From: Candidatus Saccharibacteria bacterium UBA6824 | Lineage (GTDB): Bacteria > Patescibacteriota > Saccharimonadia > Saccharimonadales > UBA10212 | Direction: 5' to 3' | Assembly: GCA_002452155.1 (NCBI GenBank) | Contig: DKEK01000006.1 | Location: forward strand, 22,532 to 86,531 | Length of the DNA: 64,000 nt | In this document: positions 8,673 to 18,737 of the stretch, one piece after another | Layout: every line of letters starts with the position of its first letter | How positions within the stretch are numbered: the stretch's first letter is position 1 | Position numbers and translations under genes: made by a program | Notes under the pieces: generated by a model | Databases searched by the model: none | What the model was told of the DNA's origin: nothing | The model's input: the letters and a program-made list of their open reading frames with translations, nothing else

Positions 8673-10196
8673 TCAGGCTTTAAGGTTGAGGCGTTTTATT
8701 AACCAGTCGCGCGGCAAGACCTGCAGGAACCAGCCGGCGCGCGGGCCGCTTTTTTCACCAATCAGAGCGCTGTAGAGCGTCTCGAACATAGCTTTTGGCT
8801 CCATACCGACTTCATCTTTTAGATCATAAAGGGTTTTATGGAACCACTCGCCGCCTGCATCCTTTGGCGCCCCTGCGATTTTTTCGGCTAATTTGGCTAG
8901 AAAACTCTTCTCTTGGTCCGAAAATTCGGACTGACTTATTCCCTTGCGTAGCTCGAATTTGACTTCGTCAGGCGCCCACTTGGCCAGCCATTGGTCGATG
9001 AAGATCAGCTCTTTTTTTATAATTGGTCGCTGTTTTTGCACCACTTGGCCGTGCTCGGTACGTTTAATAATCTCCAGAGTTTTATCGGGGTCTTTCAGGG
9101 AGGCTTGGTAGCTAGCCATCAAGTGGGAAAACGGTATGTTGCTGATGACCGAATCTAAGCCGCCAGTCGAGAGTTCCATCAGCTGGGCTTCGGCCTCGGT
9201 CTTATTTTGCTTGGACTGCAACTGGGCAAACTCGTCGATAAGCTGGGAGATGTGCATCGGATCGAAATAAAGTCGTTTTTGCGGTGCGTAACGCAACATG
9301 AAAAAGCGGATGATCTCCGGCGGCAGAATCCGCATGACTTCGGCGGCGGTTATGCCCGTGCCGGCACTAGCGCTCATCTTTTTGGTATCGCCGGTCCGGT
9401 TGACGAAATCATAAGCCACGGCTATTGGCGGCTTGGCCTTAAAGACCTGGTGCATTATAGCTTCGCCGGTATCAATGGAGCTGCCTTTCGTTGAATGGTC
9501 CCTACCCGAAGGCTCGAGACCAACCTTAAGCAGCCACCATCGGGCCGGCCAGTCGATCCGCCAATCAAGCTTTACCTGCCCTTGGTCGTAGCGTATGGAC
9601 TGTTCTAGGCCAGCTTTATCTTCGTAGTGCAGCGTCTGGGCGGTTTTGTCTAACTTTAAAAAATGACGCTTTTTCAAGTATTCATCTTCCATTATCTGAA
9701 TTGGCGACCAGGTGTCTTCAAGCTGTCGACCCGAAACTTCTTCCAAAATTTTACGCAAGTCGTCTGCCTGCTCCAGAGCCTTTTCTATGGCAGCCACAAA
9801 AAAACCTTCCCGGTATTTTTGGCGGCCACTCAGAAACTCCATTTTAATACCCAGGGCTTTGGCGCTGTCGCGAAGGTCTTTTAAGAAAAAATCGCCATAA
9901 CTGCCGCTGCCTTTGGGGGCTGGGATATCGGCCAGCGGCTGACCAAGGTATTTTTCGTACTGAGACGGTATGTTTTTAGGGATTTTTCTAAGCGCGTCAA
10001 AATCATCGACTACATGGACGTGACGCCCCTGCCGACCACGGCGCTCTACTTCCCTTAAAACCGCGTCAGCCGTGATAATCTCACGCAAGTGACCAACGTG
10101 GTAAGGCCCCGATGGCGCCGAACCGGACTCGATTATGACCTCACCTTCAGGCTGGCGGTTTATAAGTTGATCGACAACGTCATTAAGCCACTGCAT
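8673..10196 (-). CDS. lysK: class I lysyl-tRNA synthetase
   Basis: 507 aa with a HIGH-type motif (HVGHLRE) and a KMSKS-type motif (KMSAS). TATAAT lies 6 nt upstream of the ATG. Confidence 0.9.
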   Translation of the reverse strand: MQWLNDVVDQLINRQPEGEVIIESGSAPSGPYHVGHLREIITADAVLREVERRGRQGRHVHVVDDFDALRKIPKNIPSQYEKYLGQPLADIPAPKGSGSYGDFFLKDLRDSAKALGIKMEFLSGRQKYREGFFVAAIEKALEQADDLRKILEEVSGRQLEDTWSPIQIMEDEYLKKRHFLKLDKTAQTLHYEDKAGLEQSIRYDQGQVKLDWRIDWPARWWLLKVGLEPSGRDHSTKGSSIDTGEAIMHQVFKAKPPIAVAYDFVNRTGDTKKMSASAGTGITAAEVMRILPPEIIRFFMLRYAPQKRLYFDPMHISQLIDEFAQLQSKQNKTEAEAQLMELSTGGLDSVISNIPFSHLMASYQASLKDPDKTLEIIKRTEHGQVVQKQRPIIKKELIFIDQWLAKWAPDEVKFELRKGISQSEFSDQEKSFLAKLAEKIAGAPKDAGGEWFHKTLYDLKDEVGMEPKAMFETLYSALIGEKSGPRAGWFLQVLPRDWLIKRLNLKA

Positions 10197-10259
10197 GAAA
10201 GAATTATAGCGTAAGTGAGTAATTTTTCTTCTCGGGAAGAAGAGCCGGTGTCAGCCGTT

Positions 10260-10721
10260 TTAGGAGATAGAAGTGATTTTGTAGCTGGTTTCTTCGGCGG
10301 GTGTTTTAATTTCAACCTGGTCGCCGACTTTTTTGTTTAGCAGCACTTTGCCGATTGGTGATTCGTCACTTATTTTACCACTCAGAGGGTCGGCCTCCAT
10401 GGTACCAACCACCTGGAACTGGGTCGGCTTGCCTTTGGCGCTTTTGAGCTTGACGGTCGAACCGAGCTTGACGTGGCCATTGGTTTTGGGCTTTTTAATA
10501 ATCTTGCTGTTTTGGACTACGTGCTCCAGTTCACCAATGCGCGATTCCAGGCGGTCTTGTTCTTCGCGGGCCGTCTGGTATTCAGCGTTTTCGGATAAAT
10601 CGCCCAGTTGGCGGGCTTGCTTAATCCGATCAGCAACTACGTGGCGCTGATCTAGCAGGTGGTGCAGCTCTTTTTTCAGCTCTTCCAGCCCGTCTTGGGT
10701 CAAATTGAATAACTTCTTCAT
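10260..10721 (-). CDS. greA: transcription elongation factor GreA
   Basis: 153 aa with an N-terminal coiled coil carrying acidic tip residues (GDLSENAEY) and a C-terminal FKBP-like domain. Confidence 0.9.
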   Translation of the reverse strand: MKKLFNLTQDGLEELKKELHHLLDQRHVVADRIKQARQLGDLSENAEYQTAREEQDRLESRIGELEHVVQNSKIIKKPKTNGHVKLGSTVKLKSAKGKPTQFQVVGTMEADPLSGKISDESPIGKVLLNKKVGDQVEIKTPAEETSYKITSIS

Positions 10722-10782
10722 TAGACAAGAATGTTCCTTTAAGACCTCAAATTACTCGCTATTTTGGTTGCAACTGATTATA

Positions 10783-12033
10783 TCAGTCGCGCAGTGTCTT
10801 GGCCAGCGCGCCGGGCTCGACCAATTGGACTTTATCTGAGGTTCGATTTTTTAATTCCATCGCATTTTTTTGGACTGTTTTTTTACTTACCACCAGCCGC
10901 TTTGGCAGCCCTATTAGATCGGCGTCGGCAAACATTTCGCCGGGCCGCACGTTACGGTCATCATATATTACTCCAACCCCCGCTTCTGTCAATAGTCTGT
11001 AGGCATCGTCGGCCGCTTCGACCACTGTTTTATCATCGCCCAGACGGGCCAAATAGACCTCAAATGGCGCAACGTTCTGGGGCCAGACAAGCCCCCTGTC
11101 GTCGGCGAAAATCTCGGCTAAAACGCCTAACAGCCTGGTAATGCCGATGCCGTAACTACCTAGTACTACTGGCTTTTTACTGCCGTCCTCGTCTGTAAAA
11201 TAGAGTCCCAGCTGCTGCGATTTGGTCGTACCAAAACCGAAGATATTGCCAACCTCGGCGACCGTCACCTTTTGCAGTTTGGTCTTGTCCAGGCGAAGTT
11301 GCGCCAGCACCTCATCGCTCATAACTTCTTCGTTGACGGCGATTTTTTTAGTTTTATCCAAATAGGCGGTGTCTTCACCGGCCTCACAAATGGTCTGGAA
11401 CTCATGACTAAACTGGGTGAAATCGCCGCCGGAGGCAAAGGTTAGGTAGGTCCGGTCATCAATCGCCAGACGCTTAAACACGCGGTGGTAGGCATCAATT
11501 GTCTGGTCGTAGAATTTCTGGTGCTCGGCTTGACTGCGACTGTATGAGTACATGTCTTTCATCACAAATTCGCGGGCGCGCATGACGCCGCTTTTGGCCC
11601 GCAGTTCATTTCGGAGCTTAGTTTGGAATTGGTAAACAGAGGTCGGCAGGTCCCGGTAGCTGGCAATAAATTCTTTCATCATGTCACTAATTGGCTCTTC
11701 GTGGCTCCAGCCCAGGCCAACTTCGGCGCCATTTTTAAGCATTGACTTAAACCAGACATCAACTTTTTTATCATCCCAGCGGTCGGTTTTCTGCCACAAT
11801 TCTTTGCGCTGAAGGCTGGTCATCAAAATCTCATTACTCCCCAGCCCGTCCATCTCTTCGCGGACGATTTGCTTGATCTTCTCGACTGTCGCCAGGCCAA
11901 ACGGCAGTAAGGCGTACACACCGGCGGCGTCTTTATGGATATAGCCGGCTCGGATCAGCAGCTGGGCGCTTTTGCTGGTTTCGTCAGCGGGCACCTGGTG
12001 CCGGGTTTTTACAAATAATTGTGAGCGTCTCAT
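10783..12033 (-). CDS. proS: prolyl-tRNA synthetase (short form)
   Basis: Class II ProRS similarity throughout (MRRSQLFVKT..., SHEFQ, anticodon-binding C-terminus). The track ORF starts at 12054. I prefer the ATG at 12033 because TACAAT lies within the extension. Confidence 0.88.
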   Translation of the reverse strand: MRRSQLFVKTRHQVPADETSKSAQLLIRAGYIHKDAAGVYALLPFGLATVEKIKQIVREEMDGLGSNEILMTSLQRKELWQKTDRWDDKKVDVWFKSMLKNGAEVGLGWSHEEPISDMMKEFIASYRDLPTSVYQFQTKLRNELRAKSGVMRAREFVMKDMYSYSRSQAEHQKFYDQTIDAYHRVFKRLAIDDRTYLTFASGGDFTQFSHEFQTICEAGEDTAYLDKTKKIAVNEEVMSDEVLAQLRLDKTKLQKVTVAEVGNIFGFGTTKSQQLGLYFTDEDGSKKPVVLGSYGIGITRLLGVLAEIFADDRGLVWPQNVAPFEVYLARLGDDKTVVEAADDAYRLLTEAGVGVIYDDRNVRPGEMFADADLIGLPKRLVVSKKTVQKNAMELKNRTSDKVQLVEPGALAKTLRD

Positions 12034-12056
12034 AAACTTATTTAGATTGTACAAGA

Positions 12057-12821
12057 TCAGCCGTGGAAATGGGCGAAAAAGGCGACTAGATTATTGAGCC
12101 CATGCACCATTATCGGCGCATAAAGCGCACCGCTGCGCTCACGCAAATAGACCAACACCACAGACAGGACGAAGGTATCAACGCCGGCCGCCCACAGCGC
12201 GCCGCTGACGCCAGTACTCAGGTGGGCGGCGCCAAAAAGCAGGCTGGTAATAATTAGCGCCGGCCAGAATTTTAGGCGGGAGCGCAGGCCGGAGTATAAG
12301 TAACCGCGCATTAGCGTTTCCTCGCCCAACGGCGGCAATATAACCAGAGCGACGAGGGCAATTATTCGATCTAGCGGCGTGGATAGGACGTTAAAACCGA
12401 CGTCTTGAGGCGCATTTATATCAAAACTGGGGATAAGCAAGCTTATAATGACCGTTGACAGCAGAAGCAGTCCATAAAAGGCCACAAAACCGAGCGCCGC
12501 CCATTTAGCGTCACGCCAGGCCGGACGCCGGCCAAAGCCGATAGACCGTAGCCCCAGCCGCCGGCGGCGCAAAAGCAACATAACTGTGCCGACGGCCAGG
12601 GCCTCGGCCAGTAGGATGTAAAAAAACTGGGCGGCGGCCGATTGGTCTAAAATATTTTTGCTAGCCGGCCGGATGAGACCATAAATCATTTCCAGCAGTA
12701 GTGCCGCCAGAAATTGACTAAGCAAGAAAATAGCGAAAGTGCTCCAAATTACCCGCAGAGGCCCGCCAAAATCTTTTTTAGGCGCGGTCGCGGAGGCGGG
12801 ACTAGAGGAATCGCTTGACAT
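12057..12821 (-). CDS. CPBP (CAAX) family intramembrane glutamic endopeptidase
   Basis: 254 aa, polytopic, with motifs EETLMRG, FGAAH and HGLNN. Confidence 0.85.
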   Translation of the reverse strand: MSSDSSSPASATAPKKDFGGPLRVIWSTFAIFLLSQFLAALLLEMIYGLIRPASKNILDQSAAAQFFYILLAEALAVGTVMLLLRRRRLGLRSIGFGRRPAWRDAKWAALGFVAFYGLLLLSTVIISLLIPSFDINAPQDVGFNVLSTPLDRIIALVALVILPPLGEETLMRGYLYSGLRSRLKFWPALIITSLLFGAAHLSTGVSGALWAAGVDTFVLSVVLVYLRERSGALYAPIMVHGLNNLVAFFAHFHG

Positions 12822-13971
12822 CGACGATTGTTATAAGCGCAAATAACAGCAGTAGCAGGGCCATACTGCCCCCCACTAGGCGTTCTTCCAGCTTTTTATT
12901 GAGCGGCCGCTTAAGCAAGCCGCGGCTAATTAGCATCATCGCCAGCCGCCCGCCGTCGAGCGCCGGCAGCGGCAGGACATTCATCAGCGCCAGGGTCAGC
13001 GACACCACCGCTATAATCATCAACATAAAATTAAAGCCCAAACTACCGCCATTCCAAAGCAGTGCCCCAATAGCCACGGGGCCGCCTACCTGGGCCGTAG
13101 CCTCGCTTTGGCCGTTTACCCTGGCCTCTTTATTACCCGTAAGGGTGCCGGCAATGGCCGACCCCAGACCGCCCAGAGCGTGCCCCAGCCCCTGCACCGT
13201 TAAAACAACCAGCTGACGGCTAAAACCCAGGGCCACAATCGGCGCGCTCCAGGTGGCCCGGTAAATATCCAGTTGGTTGGGCGCAATGCCTAGATAACCT
13301 TTGGGGTGGTCACTATTTTTGCTAGCCTGCACTTCAGCCGACGTCCGCAACTTTACGGTTTTTTGCCGCTGCTTACCATTATGCTTAAGCGTGAGAGTGA
13401 CCGTTTGGCCGGCGAATGCCTGTGTGGCCTGTCGCAGATCCTCGGCCGAACTGACGTTTATGGTTTGGCCGGCGGCGCTAATGGCTTTGATGACATCAGG
13501 CCCGGAAAGACCAGCGCTATCAGCCGGCGAATCGCGCTCGATATAGCCGACCAGCACTTGACGGTGAACAATTTTTGTGTCCGAAGCCACGCTAAATTGA
13601 TTGTCGATAAGTTTGGGTATACCGATAAACGCCAAAATGGTTAGAAGCAATAGTCCGGCCAGCAGGTTCATGGTTACGCCGGCCAGCATAATCTTGCTCT
13701 TGGCCCACAAGCTGGCCGCGCCAAAGCTGCCAGGCCGGTCATCGCTGTCGTGTTCGCCTTTGAGCTTCACAAAACCACCCAGCGGCAGCCAATTAAGGCT
13801 TAAAGCCATGCCCGATTTTAGTTTTCGTCTCCACGCTCGGGGCGGCAAGCCCAGCCCGAACTCCTCTACCTCTACACCGTTGCGGCGGGCGACGATAAAG
13901 TGCCCCCACTCATGGATAAGAATCAGCCCAATAAAAAGAATAAAACCAATGCCGAACACAAGTATCTGCAT
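12802..13971 (-). CDS. rseP: RIP site-2 metalloprotease (M50), RseP-like with PDZ
   Basis: 389 aa with HEWGH zinc motif in TM1, a central PDZ-like region and a C-terminal LPLPALDGG motif. TATACT lies 6 nt upstream of the ATG. Confidence 0.9.
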   Translation of the reverse strand: MQILVFGIGFILFIGLILIHEWGHFIVARRNGVEVEEFGLGLPPRAWRRKLKSGMALSLNWLPLGGFVKLKGEHDSDDRPGSFGAASLWAKSKIMLAGVTMNLLAGLLLLTILAFIGIPKLIDNQFSVASDTKIVHRQVLVGYIERDSPADSAGLSGPDVIKAISAAGQTINVSSAEDLRQATQAFAGQTVTLTLKHNGKQRQKTVKLRTSAEVQASKNSDHPKGYLGIAPNQLDIYRATWSAPIVALGFSRQLVVLTVQGLGHALGGLGSAIAGTLTGNKEARVNGQSEATAQVGGPVAIGALLWNGGSLGFNFMLMIIAVVSLTLALMNVLPLPALDGGRLAMMLISRGLLKRPLNKKLEERLVGGSMALLLLLFALITIVDVKRFL

Positions 13972-14169
13972 AGAAATAGTATAACCTTTATCCTTTCACC
14001 GTTCACCATTAATCATGCATTAACCATGATCCATTCACCGTGGAAAACGGATAACGGTAAACAGATAACGTATAGTAAAAGGTAAACAGAAAATGGTAAA
14101 TGGCTGTCGCTAGACAGCGAGGATGTATCACCATGTGCCATCGTCACTGCCGGGAGCGTCTAGAGCATC

Positions 14170-16590
14170 CTAAAGATCGGTGTCCACACGCCCCGTCTCG
14201 ATCCAGTTGGAGCCGTTATAGCGGAAGCTAATGGTACGGCTCTTGGTGTCGGCGATGGTGGCGCCGAAGGCACCGTTTTTCAAGAAGGCGGCGTTGAAAG
14301 TGATCGGTCCGGTGAAAACAGTGCCACCGCCGATGCCGTTTTTGAAGATAAAGTCGAGCCTTCCGCCAACTGTCGTTCCGAGTGAGACGGGAGCGTTGAC
14401 CGTACGGGCTGCATTGACTGCGAAGGTCCAGGTGTGCAGGTAGGCTTTGGTCGGATCCGGGCTGCCCGATCCGGCATCCGTGACTGCGAACGTGCCCCTA
14501 CCCTGAATGAAGCCCGTCGCAGAGGCGTTGACGATCATGAATTGCCCTGCCGGAAAACCGAGGAGTCGGTTGTTATCGATGAACACATTGGTGGCAGCTG
14601 CATTAACCCAGATTCCGACAGTTTGTGTAGCGCCGCCGGTGTCGTAGATACGATTGTTGATAACGTGAATCTGGTCACAGGCGGCGTTGATGTATACTCC
14701 ATTGTTCTGAATATTCCGCCAGCCGTTGTCGAAAATACGATTCCCATCGATTGTCACTTCGGCAGGTTGGCCGCCGTTGCCGGCGCTCAGCGTAATTCCG
14801 CTTAAGCCAAAATAAGAAATTGAATTACCGCGGATTTCCAGATCCCTAAGCCGCGAAGTTAGGTCAATTCCACTGGCCGAGGATGAAGCCGAACGGGCGG
14901 GAGGGGCTGCGCCAAGCGACCCATCGGGGGTAGTAATTACGGCCGTGGTGGTCGTATTGTCGTTTATTGTGGTGACAAGTCCAAGTGTTCCCGCACCGCC
15001 ACCAGCTGTAGTCATATAGAGTTTTCGCTGGGTCACACCGTAAGGGCCGATGGGGATATTGTTGGCATTAATCTTGGTGTGAGAGGCATCGGCAGTAACT
15101 GGGGCACTTAATGGACTAGCACTAGTTTCTCCTGAGGCGGTAACAAATGTCACAGCTAAGCTATGGGCTCCGGCTGTAACCTGCCCAGGAGTTGAGTCGG
15201 AAACCAGAGCCGGTGCCGGCTGCTTGGGGGCGGTTTCTCCTAACAATATATTGTTAGCAACTATTATCCGCTTTGAAAATTGAACACCAGAGGCCACATT
15301 CTTACCAAGCTGTATACCACCACCGGTAGCACCAGGCTTCAAAGCGACTAGATTAGATGAAATAACAAAATCGGTTTCAGAGAAGTCATAGTTAAGGCCC
15401 AAGGTAATGCCGGCATTGCAATCAGTTACAACATTACCCGTAACTGTTGCCAATTTATCCTCTACATTAATTCCATAACCACAGTTCCTAACCACATTGC
15501 CAGTAATAGCGACTCTGGATCCCCAAGGAATTGGTAGGCCCTTGGTATTAACTAGTCCAATGCCGTAGGTCGCACAGCCTTCGACAACATTGCCCGAAAT
15601 TGTAATATCAGATGAAGAAGGCGGGCCGGTTTCATACACGATTCCATTAGATCCTGCACCACTCGTCCCCCGAACTACGCAATTCGTAACGCTCATACGG
15701 CCGCTATTTGAACCGGCGCAATAAATCGCAAAAGTGGGTACTCCGGTCACATGTACACCACTAATCTCGTGATCCCCCCAAAGACTGTCATTAGTTGAGT
15801 TTTGAGACGAACGAACGTTGATGCCGTTTCCGATACCGGCTCCAATCCGCATTGTGTCAACGACAGTACGTCCACCAATCCAGGTCTTAGTGCACATAGA
15901 CAGATCTATCGATGTATCGAGCGTGTTATAAATGTATACGTTAGAGATTCGGACTCCGTCGACGGTATACACGGCGAGGGCGGCAAAGTCAGTTCCTGGG
16001 CCGTTAACAGTCGCGTTCGTCATATCAATATAAAGATCAGCAATCTCGAAATTGGACAGACGATTATTGGCGCCGCTATTATCGTTACTGGTGTTAACGC
16101 GTAAAAAGCAGTTAGTACCAGTGCCCGTCTTAAACTTCATAATGGTTCCCATTCCAGTGCCAGTCAGCCGAACATTCGACGTATTGAGTGTTAGTTTACC
16201 GACAAGATATGTTCCTGCTGGAAAAAGAATTGTTCCGCCAGTTGAGGGAAGCGCGTTGATCGTGGCCTGAATCGCCGTTGTGTCGTCTGCTACTCCATTA
16301 CCTATAGCCCCATAATCCTTAACATTAAGAAAGAAGTCCCCCTTAGCAACGGCACTAATGTCAGAAGGGGTTAGGGCATCGGTCCCTCCTGTGGCGTGGG
16401 TAGCCTTATGGCTGGTCGAGGCGGCAGCTAGGTTGGCTCGCGCGGTGGTGGCATCAGTGGCACCAGTACCTCCCTTGGTTAGGGGGAGAGTCTTTTGGGT
16501 GCCGTCTGGGTTATGTTCTTGGTTTAGGAAGTCATTTAGAACATCGCCCCATTTACCGTCGTCTCCGCCAGGAGTAGGAAGACGGCTCAT
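14170..16590 (-). CDS. right-handed parallel beta-helix (pectate-lyase-3/tailspike-like) protein, family copy 1
   Basis: 806 aa with the conserved N-terminus MSRLPTPGGDDGKWGDVLNDFLNQEHNPDG. It has the pectate_lyase_3-type entry motif (NVKDYGAIGNGVADDTTAIQ) and many N/G/T-rich beta-helix coils. No signal peptide. Confidence 0.9.
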   Translation of the reverse strand: MSRLPTPGGDDGKWGDVLNDFLNQEHNPDGTQKTLPLTKGGTGATDATTARANLAAASTSHKATHATGGTDALTPSDISAVAKGDFFLNVKDYGAIGNGVADDTTAIQATINALPSTGGTILFPAGTYLVGKLTLNTSNVRLTGTGMGTIMKFKTGTGTNCFLRVNTSNDNSGANNRLSNFEIADLYIDMTNATVNGPGTDFAALAVYTVDGVRISNVYIYNTLDTSIDLSMCTKTWIGGRTVVDTMRIGAGIGNGINVRSSQNSTNDSLWGDHEISGVHVTGVPTFAIYCAGSNSGRMSVTNCVVRGTSGAGSNGIVYETGPPSSSDITISGNVVEGCATYGIGLVNTKGLPIPWGSRVAITGNVVRNCGYGINVEDKLATVTGNVVTDCNAGITLGLNYDFSETDFVISSNLVALKPGATGGGIQLGKNVASGVQFSKRIIVANNILLGETAPKQPAPALVSDSTPGQVTAGAHSLAVTFVTASGETSASPLSAPVTADASHTKINANNIPIGPYGVTQRKLYMTTAGGGAGTLGLVTTINDNTTTTAVITTPDGSLGAAPPARSASSSASGIDLTSRLRDLEIRGNSISYFGLSGITLSAGNGGQPAEVTIDGNRIFDNGWRNIQNNGVYINAACDQIHVINNRIYDTGGATQTVGIWVNAAATNVFIDNNRLLGFPAGQFMIVNASATGFIQGRGTFAVTDAGSGSPDPTKAYLHTWTFAVNAARTVNAPVSLGTTVGGRLDFIFKNGIGGGTVFTGPITFNAAFLKNGAFGATIADTKSRTISFRYNGSNWIETGRVDTDL

Positions 16591-16704
16591 AGTATATGAG
16601 CCTCATTAGAACTATTTAAGCTCTCTCTTTTTTCCTCTCTCTGAAGGTTTTTGGGTTTCACCTATTTATCCCTTATGGTTATTGGCTATAGGAAGATTAT
16701 AGCA
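16591..16704 (-). promoter_or_regulatory. promoter (TGCTATAAT, 16696-16704) and ~100-nt GA-rich leader of beta-helix copy 1
   Basis: Extended -10 sits 106 nt upstream of the ATG. Purine-rich tract at 16621-16643. The block AAAAACCTTCAGAG is shared with copy 3. Confidence 0.6.
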
Positions 16705-16733
16705 TTTTGGGGGGAATAGGAAAGAGGGGGATT

Positions 16734-17297
16734 CTAAACTGTCAGGATTTCTTGCTCTTTGGCGCGGGCGAGGCTTTCGACTTGAGTTTTTTGTTTAGCT
16801 ACCAGTTCGTCTATCTGTTTTTTGGATCGCTCCAGTTCGTCTTTGCCGATGGTTTTATCTTTTTCGGCTTGCTCGAGCTTGTGGAACGCATCGTGGCGGA
16901 CTTGACGGACAGACACAAAACAATCCTCGACTTTTTGGCCGATAATTTTGACCATGGCCTGGCGGTTTTCTTGGGTCATTGGCGGCAGATTGATGCGGAC
17001 AACCCGGCCATCGTCGGTAGGTGTTAAACCCAGGGATTGGTCATTTCGAATGGCTTCGGCGATAGGCTGCAAGTTGCTCGGATCAAAGGGAGTGATTTGC
17101 AGTAGCTGGGCCTCCGGGGCGATTATAGTCCCGACGGCTTTTAGGGGCATGGGCTGGCCGTAGGCCTCCACCATAATGCTATCCAGCATGCCCGGATGAG
17201 CTCGGCCGGTCCGCAGTTTTTTCAGCTCCTCCTGCAAATGAGCCGTCGCGGCGTCAATTTTCTTTCTGGCTTCTTCCAATATTTGAGCGGGGTTCAT
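16734..17297 (-). CDS. frr: ribosome recycling factor
   Basis: Frr similarity from MNPAQILEEARKK. TATAAT (17305-17310) lies 7 nt upstream of this ATG, so the 16-codon extension in the track ORF is probably untranslated. Confidence 0.92.
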   Translation of the reverse strand: MNPAQILEEARKKIDAATAHLQEELKKLRTGRAHPGMLDSIMVEAYGQPMPLKAVGTIIAPEAQLLQITPFDPSNLQPIAEAIRNDQSLGLTPTDDGRVVRINLPPMTQENRQAMVKIIGQKVEDCFVSVRQVRHDAFHKLEQAEKDKTIGKDELERSKKQIDELVAKQKTQVESLARAKEQEILTV

Positions 17298-17314
17298 TAG
17301 CTTAATTATATAAC

Positions 17315-17323
17315 AATTCTTTG
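17315..17323. repeat. target-site duplication AATTCTTTG (left copy)
   Basis: Identical 9-mer at 18878-18886, each directly abutting a terminal inverted repeat. Confidence 0.8.
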
Positions 17324-17404
17324 GGCGACTATCCCATGACAGCAAGTAACTAGACTAGCCCTCAAACCACGTACAGGGTCACACGTGTTCTGAGGGGATA
17401 TTTA

Positions 17405-17719
17405 CTAGGTATCTTCTTTTTCGTCTTCGTGTTGCATGTAATCCACGACAATCTCCACGATTTTTCTAACGGTTTCGTTACACTCCTTGAAAACCACTTT
17501 ATCAAGAACTTCAATCCCAAAATCTCTTATAGGCTCAGTTATCAGTGCGTGAATAAAAGACTGGGTTGCGTCTTCAACACCGCTAAAGTCAAGAGCAACG
17601 TCCTGCTTTTTCTTAAGGGCGGGGATGAGTCGGGTTTGGCGTATTTCTCTCGCAATATCTTTGTCCTGCGCGAATTTACCGGAAACTTTTTCTATACGAA
17701 TTATTACTCCTGTTACCAC
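17405..17719 (-). CDS. STAS-like (DUF4325-type) small protein
   Basis: 104 aa. The core VALDFSGVEDATQSFIHAL...VVFKECNETV matches my recollection of the DUF4325 pattern (v.lDF.gV...t.sF.....f.n.n..v). The GTG start overlaps the upstream stop by 1 nt. Confidence 0.7.
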   Translation of the reverse strand: MVTGVIIRIEKVSGKFAQDKDIAREIRQTRLIPALKKKQDVALDFSGVEDATQSFIHALITEPIRDFGIEVLDKVVFKECNETVRKIVEIVVDYMQHEDEKEDT

Positions 17720-18681
17720 TAGACGAATCTCGCTTTCCTATATTTAGATTTTCTTTTATCCTTAACACCCCCAGAGTAAACAGTTCCAATAAGGTTTAAA
17801 AGTGTTTGGAACTCACTCGTACTATTGAGGGAAATATCTACGGCAACGACCGTTCCTTGCCAAAACGGAAAATCATCACGCTCAGAATGTTTGTCTACGA
17901 ACGGGTCAGCATTAAGGAACCGCACAGGTTTAGAAGCGTTTCTAAGGTGTAGTTTATAAAAGCCCGTTCCACTATAAATCATGAAAAATGACCGATTAAT
18001 GTAGGCGATTGATTTTGTAAAGAAAAGTCCCGCCCCAGCATTTTCCGCCGTCCCTCCAACCCTTTTGGTAGTGCCGGTAATACCAGGAGTCAGAGATAAT
18101 CTTATAGCGGCAAGGTCAGTGGAGGTAGGGTAAGATTCGCTTATGCTTTCTCTTATCCCTATCCCCGTATCAACTATAGCCATGCGAAAAGTATTGCTCT
18201 TCTTGAAATATTGGGCACATAGAATTGCTCCTTGTTTAGATTTAGAGTGCTCAAATACATTTCTTACTACTTCGTAAATAACATAGCGTATAGATTTAGC
18301 CTGTTCAGCTGGAAGGTGAAGTGCAGGAATCATATCTTCCAAAAACTCCGAGAGTTGCTTCGAATTCTCTATGAGCTTGAGGGGGATAAATCTTCCCGCT
18401 GATTCGTGCTCTGAAATATGAGGCGGTTTTATTTTTAAAAACTCATACAACCCCATTCTTACTAAATAATGACCGGAGGTTGCTTCAATTGGCTCACATG
18501 TAATTTTTGCCTTGTCTACTTTCATACCTAGAGCGGCTACCATAGCTAGTACCACGGGGTGAACCGAGAGCCACTTTTTATTTGCAGTAACTTCAAGCTT
18601 ACCTGGCTCAGATGGGTCAAAACCAGCTATAAAGGCATCAATATTACCTATAAACGCACTGTTAGGAAGGTGAATTTTCAT
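17719..18681 (-). CDS. GHKL (histidine-kinase-like) ATPase with a ~140-aa N-terminal domain of unknown function
   Basis: N-box YEVVRNVFEHS, G1 box VDTGIGI and G2 box GAGLFF. The start is placed at MKIHL (ATG 18681) because TAAAAT lies 7 nt upstream. The track ORF extends to 18717. Confidence 0.8.
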   Translation of the reverse strand: MKIHLPNSAFIGNIDAFIAGFDPSEPGKLEVTANKKWLSVHPVVLAMVAALGMKVDKAKITCEPIEATSGHYLVRMGLYEFLKIKPPHISEHESAGRFIPLKLIENSKQLSEFLEDMIPALHLPAEQAKSIRYVIYEVVRNVFEHSKSKQGAILCAQYFKKSNTFRMAIVDTGIGIRESISESYPTSTDLAAIRLSLTPGITGTTKRVGGTAENAGAGLFFTKSIAYINRSFFMIYSGTGFYKLHLRNASKPVRFLNADPFVDKHSERDDFPFWQGTVVAVDISLNSTSEFQTLLNLIGTVYSGGVKDKRKSKYRKARFV

Positions 18682-18692
18682 ATTTCCCATTT

Positions 18693-18737
18693 TACCGGGA
18701 ATCCCGGTAAAAATCAAAATACCGGGAATCCCGGGTA
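18693..18737. promoter_or_regulatory. twin palindromic operator-like sites TACCGGGAATCCCGGTA over the GHKL promoter
   Basis: A perfect 17-bp palindrome at 18693-18709 fills the spacer between TTGATT (18712-18717) and TAAAAT (18689-18694). A near-identical copy sits at 18720-18737, just upstream of the -35. Confidence 0.55.

Noticed and set aside
13985-14100. Clustered TTCACC (x3) and GGTAAA (x3) hexamers in roughly inverted arrangement between rseP and beta-helix copy 1
   Set aside because: The repeats are imperfect and irregularly spaced. The region also has to hold the rseP promoter and the terminator hairpin of the beta-helix gene (14103-14118). There is not enough evidence for a distinct element.
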